In this document: in pieces, positions 48,732 through 52,491 of the stretch
Position numbering within the stretch: position 1 is the stretch's first letter
Layout of the letters: every line of letters starts with the position of its first letter
From: a virus
Taxonomy: Duplodnaviria > Caudoviricetes
Length of the DNA stretch: 52,491 nucleotides
Reading direction: 5' to 3' (one strand)
Virus record (IMG/VR): IMGVR_UViG_3300006922_000034
Location: 1 to 52,491 of that record
Program-made: the position numbers and the translations under genes
Notes under the pieces: generated by a model
The model's database searches: none
The model's input: only the letters and a program-made list of their open reading frames with translations
What the model was told of the DNA's origin: nothing

Positions 48732-51700
48732 ATGGCATATACAATTACAAATTCAGACGGAACAGTAACGGCTACCATACCGGATACTACTGTCGATACA
48801 ACTTATGCTTTAACACTAATAGGTAGAAATGTTTCTGGATACGGTCAGTATTTTGTACAAAATACAATTAGACATCTAGAAAACTTTGCAAGTACGGTGC
48901 AACCATCGGGAACAAAATTAATCGGACAACTTTGGTACGATAAAAGCGATAGCACGTTTAAAGTATGGGACGGAAGTCAGTGGAAGTTTGCAACAAATAT
49001 AGTTGTAAGTTCAACAGTACCCTCAAACCCAACACCTGGTGCCGCACATTTCAATACTAACAATGACAAACTTAGCATATATGATGGAACAGCATTTAAG
49101 TTAGCCTCATACTCAGGTGAAGTTTCCAATGCATATAGCAGTATTTCAAGTGCAGGAAATCCTAGTAACTATGGTACAAAATTAAGAAACATATTTTTAA
49201 CAGATGCAAACGACATTGTAAAACCAGTATTAGCATTAGTATATGTAAGTGATGGTTCATTAAACCAAGGTGATACAAGTACATCTGCAGGTAAAGAAAC
49301 AATTATGTCCATAATGAGTGACCACCCGTCATTTGTTGTTAAGGATATTGCAAGTTCTTCAGAAGGCGAAAACATTAACTACTATTTAGAACTAAGTGCA
49401 AGTGGTGGTATAGGAACCACTATTAATCCTGGACAAAATTTAAGAAGCGAATATGCCGCAACATCAGTACCATTGGCAGAAAGAGCATATAGAGCTGATG
49501 CGGCTTATGTATTAAATGTAGGTGGTAGTCCAGGTTCAGACGGTGCTTCTAATGTTAGTGCGTCTGCTGTTATACATACAGGTACTGGATATGTTCCAGT
49601 TAGTGATAACAGTTTCTCATTAGGATCAAGTGATTATAAATTTGCTACTGCTTATTCAGGAGCCTTTTTTGCAGGTTCAAATGGTGTAACAATTGGTAAT
49701 GACTTAGGTAACGCAACAACAAGATTTGCAAACATATACGGTACTAACTTAGATATAAGTGGTGATATAACATTCGGTGCAGGTACACAAAACTTTGGTA
49801 CAAGCAGTGAACCAGTTGAAAACCTATTTGCCGGAGCGGCAACTATTAAAACATCCTTAACATTAGGAGGTGGATCAGGTTATACATTACCAGTTGCAGA
49901 CGGTGTGGCTGATCACGCTCTAGTTACAGACGGATCTGGTGCAGTATCGTTTACTGCTATCCCAACTACAGCAACTACAATGACTGCTGGAGACGGTTTA
50001 ACAGGTGGTGGTACACTTGCTTCTAGCAGAACATTCAACGTAGGTGAAGGTGCATATATGACAGTTTCAGCAGATGCTGTGGCTGTAGATGCAACACCAG
50101 ATGCTACAGCAGGTAAAGTTGTAGCAAGAGACGGATCAGGTAACTTTGCCGCAGGAACAATTACAGGTAGTTCAATTACAGATGGAACAGCAACATTAAC
50201 AGGTGGTGCATTAAGTCTAGGTGGAGGAATTACAGGTGCTACTGGTATTACAGCCAGTGGAACAGTACAATTTGGTAATCTTAGTGACGGTAGTATTACT
50301 GCTACAGGGTTTGTAGATGAAGATAATATGGCATCTAATAGTGCTACATTAATTCCAACTCAACAGTCAGTTAAAGCATACGCAGATTTAAAAGAAACAA
50401 ATGCTGGTACAGTAACAAATACAGCCAACACAAACATGAAGGCTTATGTTGATACTCAGGTATCAGGACTTAATAATGCTACAATAGTAAGAACAAGTGG
50501 TACACAAAGTATTTCAGGTGCTAAAACATTTAATGACGTTGCAACCTTTAGTTCTAATATTATTGTAAATGCAAATTTAATAGTAAATGGAACAACAACA
50601 GAAATTAATACAGAAACTTTAACTGTAGATGATAATATTATTGTACTTAACAATAATGAAGCAGGAACACCATCACAAAATGCTGGTATAGAGGTTGAAC
50701 GTGGAACACATAATAACGTTTTATTTAGATGGAACGAAAGTGGTACTCGTTGGGAGTATACTGAAGACGGGTCTACTTATGTAGGTTTAGGTTCAGCACA
50801 AACATTCAGTGGTAATACAGACGGTGTTGCAGAAGGTTCTAATAACTTATACTTTACAGATGCTAGAGCAAAAGCAAGTGCCAATACAGCAATTGGACTT
50901 AACAGTACATCCAATCTTTCTGAAGGTACAAATTTATACTTCACAAATAATAGAGCAGATGCCAGAATAGCAAGTGCCAATTTAGCAGATCTTAATAATG
51001 TTTCTAGTTCGGCACCAAGTGCAAACCAAGTTTTACAATGGAACGGAAGTGCATGGGCACCAGCAACTACGGCGGCAGGTGTTACTGACTTAGGCGACTT
51101 AGGAGATGTAAATGCTTCATCATCAAACGGACAAGTATTGACATCAGATGGTAGTGGTAATTTCACTTTCCAAAGTATTCCTGGAAGTAATAACTATTAC
51201 TTAGACGGTATCACTAAATCAGGTAATACACTAACATTTAGTGTTAACGGCACAACCAATAGAACTTATACATTTGGTAGTAATGCATTTAATAGTAGTA
51301 CTATACCAACAAACACTGACCAATTAACAAATGGTGCAGGATTTACTACAAATACAGGTACTGTAACAAATGTAACTGTTGGATCAGGATTAGACGTATC
51401 TAGTGGAACAACAACACCAGATATTAGTTTGGATTTATCAGAACTTACAACAAGTACCACAAACGGTCATGGTGATTATTTCGTAGTTGTAGATAGTGCA
51501 AACGCCCAGAGAAAACTTTCTAAAGGCAGTATTAATATAAGCGAATTTAATAATAATGCCGGTTACATTACAAGTTATGTAAATAATAACCATTATCTAA
51601 ACGGTATTAGTAAATCCGGAAACACATTAACATTTGAAGTTCTAGGACAGACTGATCAATCATTTAGTTTTGGTTCTAATGCATTCAATAGTACAACAAT

Positions 51701-52259
51701 ACCAACTAATACTAACCAATTAACAAATAATTCAGGCTTTCTTACAAGTATTTCAAGTTCACAAGTAACAAGTGCATTAGGATTTACACCATATAATAAC
51801 ACTAATCCAAATGGATATACAAGTAATTCAGGTGATATTACAGCAGTTACAGTAAGTAATGGTATATCAGGCGGTGGTACTAGTGGTAGTGTTGGCGTAA
51901 GTATGTCAGGAACTTACACTGGAGACTTTAGAGTAACAGGTGAAATTAGTGCTACTGCTGACGTAGTTGCGTATTATAGTTCAGACGAAAGATTAAAAGA
52001 TAACGTTAAAGTAATTGAAAATGCTTCTGATAAAGTAGCACAATTACGTGGTGTTGAATTTGATTGGAACGACAAGCAGTCAACTTACGAAGGACATGAT
52101 GTTGGTGTTATAGCACAAGATGTTGAAAAAGTTTTACCAGAATTAGTACAAACAAGAGACGATGGCTACAAAGCAGTAAAATATGAAAAAATTGTTGGAC
52201 TATTAATAGAAGCAATTAAAGATTTACAGGACGAAGTCAAGGCTCTTAAGGGAGAATAA
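48732..52259 (+). CDS. Tail fibre with C-terminal peptidase S74 intramolecular chaperone
   Basis: N-terminal LIGRN..GYG...LENFA...GQLWYD; C-terminal SDERLKDNV...LRGVEFDW...GVIAQDVEKVLPELV...YEKIVGLLIEAIKDL. Confidence 0.88.
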   Translation: MAYTITNSDGTVTATIPDTTVDTTYALTLIGRNVSGYGQYFVQNTIRHLENFASTVQPSGTKLIGQLWYDKSDSTFKVWDGSQWKFATNIVVSSTVPSNPTPGAAHFNTNNDKLSIYDGTAFKLASYSGEVSNAYSSISSAGNPSNYGTKLRNIFLTDANDIVKPVLALVYVSDGSLNQGDTSTSAGKETIMSIMSDHPSFVVKDIASSSEGENINYYLELSASGGIGTTINPGQNLRSEYAATSVPLAERAYRADAAYVLNVGGSPGSDGASNVSASAVIHTGTGYVPVSDNSFSLGSSDYKFATAYSGAFFAGSNGVTIGNDLGNATTRFANIYGTNLDISGDITFGAGTQNFGTSSEPVENLFAGAATIKTSLTLGGGSGYTLPVADGVADHALVTDGSGAVSFTAIPTTATTMTAGDGLTGGGTLASSRTFNVGEGAYMTVSADAVAVDATPDATAGKVVARDGSGNFAAGTITGSSITDGTATLTGGALSLGGGITGATGITASGTVQFGNLSDGSITATGFVDEDNMASNSATLIPTQQSVKAYADLKETNAGTVTNTANTNMKAYVDTQVSGLNNATIVRTSGTQSISGAKTFNDVATFSSNIIVNANLIVNGTTTEINTETLTVDDNIIVLNNNEAGTPSQNAGIEVERGTHNNVLFRWNESGTRWEYTEDGSTYVGLGSAQTFSGNTDGVAEGSNNLYFTDARAKASANTAIGLNSTSNLSEGTNLYFTNNRADARIASANLADLNNVSSSAPSANQVLQWNGSAWAPATTAAGVTDLGDLGDVNASSSNGQVLTSDGSGNFTFQSIPGSNNYYLDGITKSGNTLTFSVNGTTNRTYTFGSNAFNSSTIPTNTDQLTNGAGFTTNTGTVTNVTVGSGLDVSSGTTTPDISLDLSELTTSTTNGHGDYFVVVDSANAQRKLSKGSINISEFNNNAGYITSYVNNNHYLNGISKSGNTLTFEVLGQTDQSFSFGSNAFNSTTIPTNTNQLTNNSGFLTSISSSQVTSALGFTPYNNTNPNGYTSNSGDITAVTVSNGISGGGTSGSVGVSMSGTYTGDFRVTGEISATADVVAYYSSDERLKDNVKVIENASDKVAQLRGVEFDWNDKQSTYEGHDVGVIAQDVEKVLPELVQTRDDGYKAVKYEKIVGLLIEAIKDLQDEVKALKGE
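51189..51740 (+). repeat. Two ~52-aa internal repeats in the tail fibre (51189-51344 and 51585-51740)
   Basis: NNYYLDGITKSGNTLTF...FGSNAFNSSTIPTNTDQLTNGAGF versus NNHYLNGISKSGNTLTF...FGSNAFNSTTIPTNTNQLTNNSGF. Confidence 0.9.
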
Positions 52260-52261
52260 AC

Positions 52262-52491
52262 GTGGCTATACCGTCCTCAGGACAAGTTAGTCTAAATACT
52301 GTAAAGACCGAATTCGGTGATCCTAACAGTGATGGACAATTCAAACTTAGCGAATATTACCGAGACGGTGATAACGATCCTATACCTAACTCTCAAACAT
52401 CAATACCTGCTTCAGGACAAATTAGTTTAAATAATTTCCGTGGCACTAGTGATATTACAGAAGTATATTATGTAAGAAAAGGCCAAGCCAA
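52262..52491 (+). CDS. Partial fibre-tip adhesin-like protein (gp38-type N-terminus), truncated by the window edge
   Basis: GTG start after GGGAG; translates as MAIPSSGQVSLNTVKTEFG...LSEYY...IPASGQISLNNFRG. Not in the ORF track. Confidence 0.7.
   Translation, partial: MAIPSSGQVSLNTVKTEFGDPNSDGQFKLSEYYRDGDNDPIPNSQTSIPASGQISLNNFRGTSDITEVYYVRKGQA

Noticed and set aside
51189-51740. Diversity-generating retroelement TR/VR pair
   Set aside because: Both copies are in-frame coding repeats with differences not restricted to adenines, and there is no RT gene in the window.

Overview
AT-rich fragment of a large T4-like (myovirus) phage genome, probably aquatic; the standard genetic code fits throughout. 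The leftward head module holds the major capsid, scaffold, prohead protease, acidic core and portal genes plus a tape-measure-like gene. A rightward gp26/gp51-like pair appears to be joined by a programmed -1 frameshift. It is followed by a minimal GIY-YIG nuclease gene and a ~480-nt ORF-free, heavily base-paired region. A leftward gp55/gp47/gp46 block comes next, then a long rightward baseplate and fibre module that includes a 6263-aa protein. Regulatory signals are a recurring TGATAAATA late-promoter motif, several sigma70 promoters, apparent leaderless genes and a tandem glutamine (glnA-type) riboswitch at the left edge. The best candidate for a new system is the catalytic-domain-only GIY-YIG protein paired with a putative large, late-expressed structured ncRNA. 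All calls come from reading motifs by eye; no database search or folding program was run.
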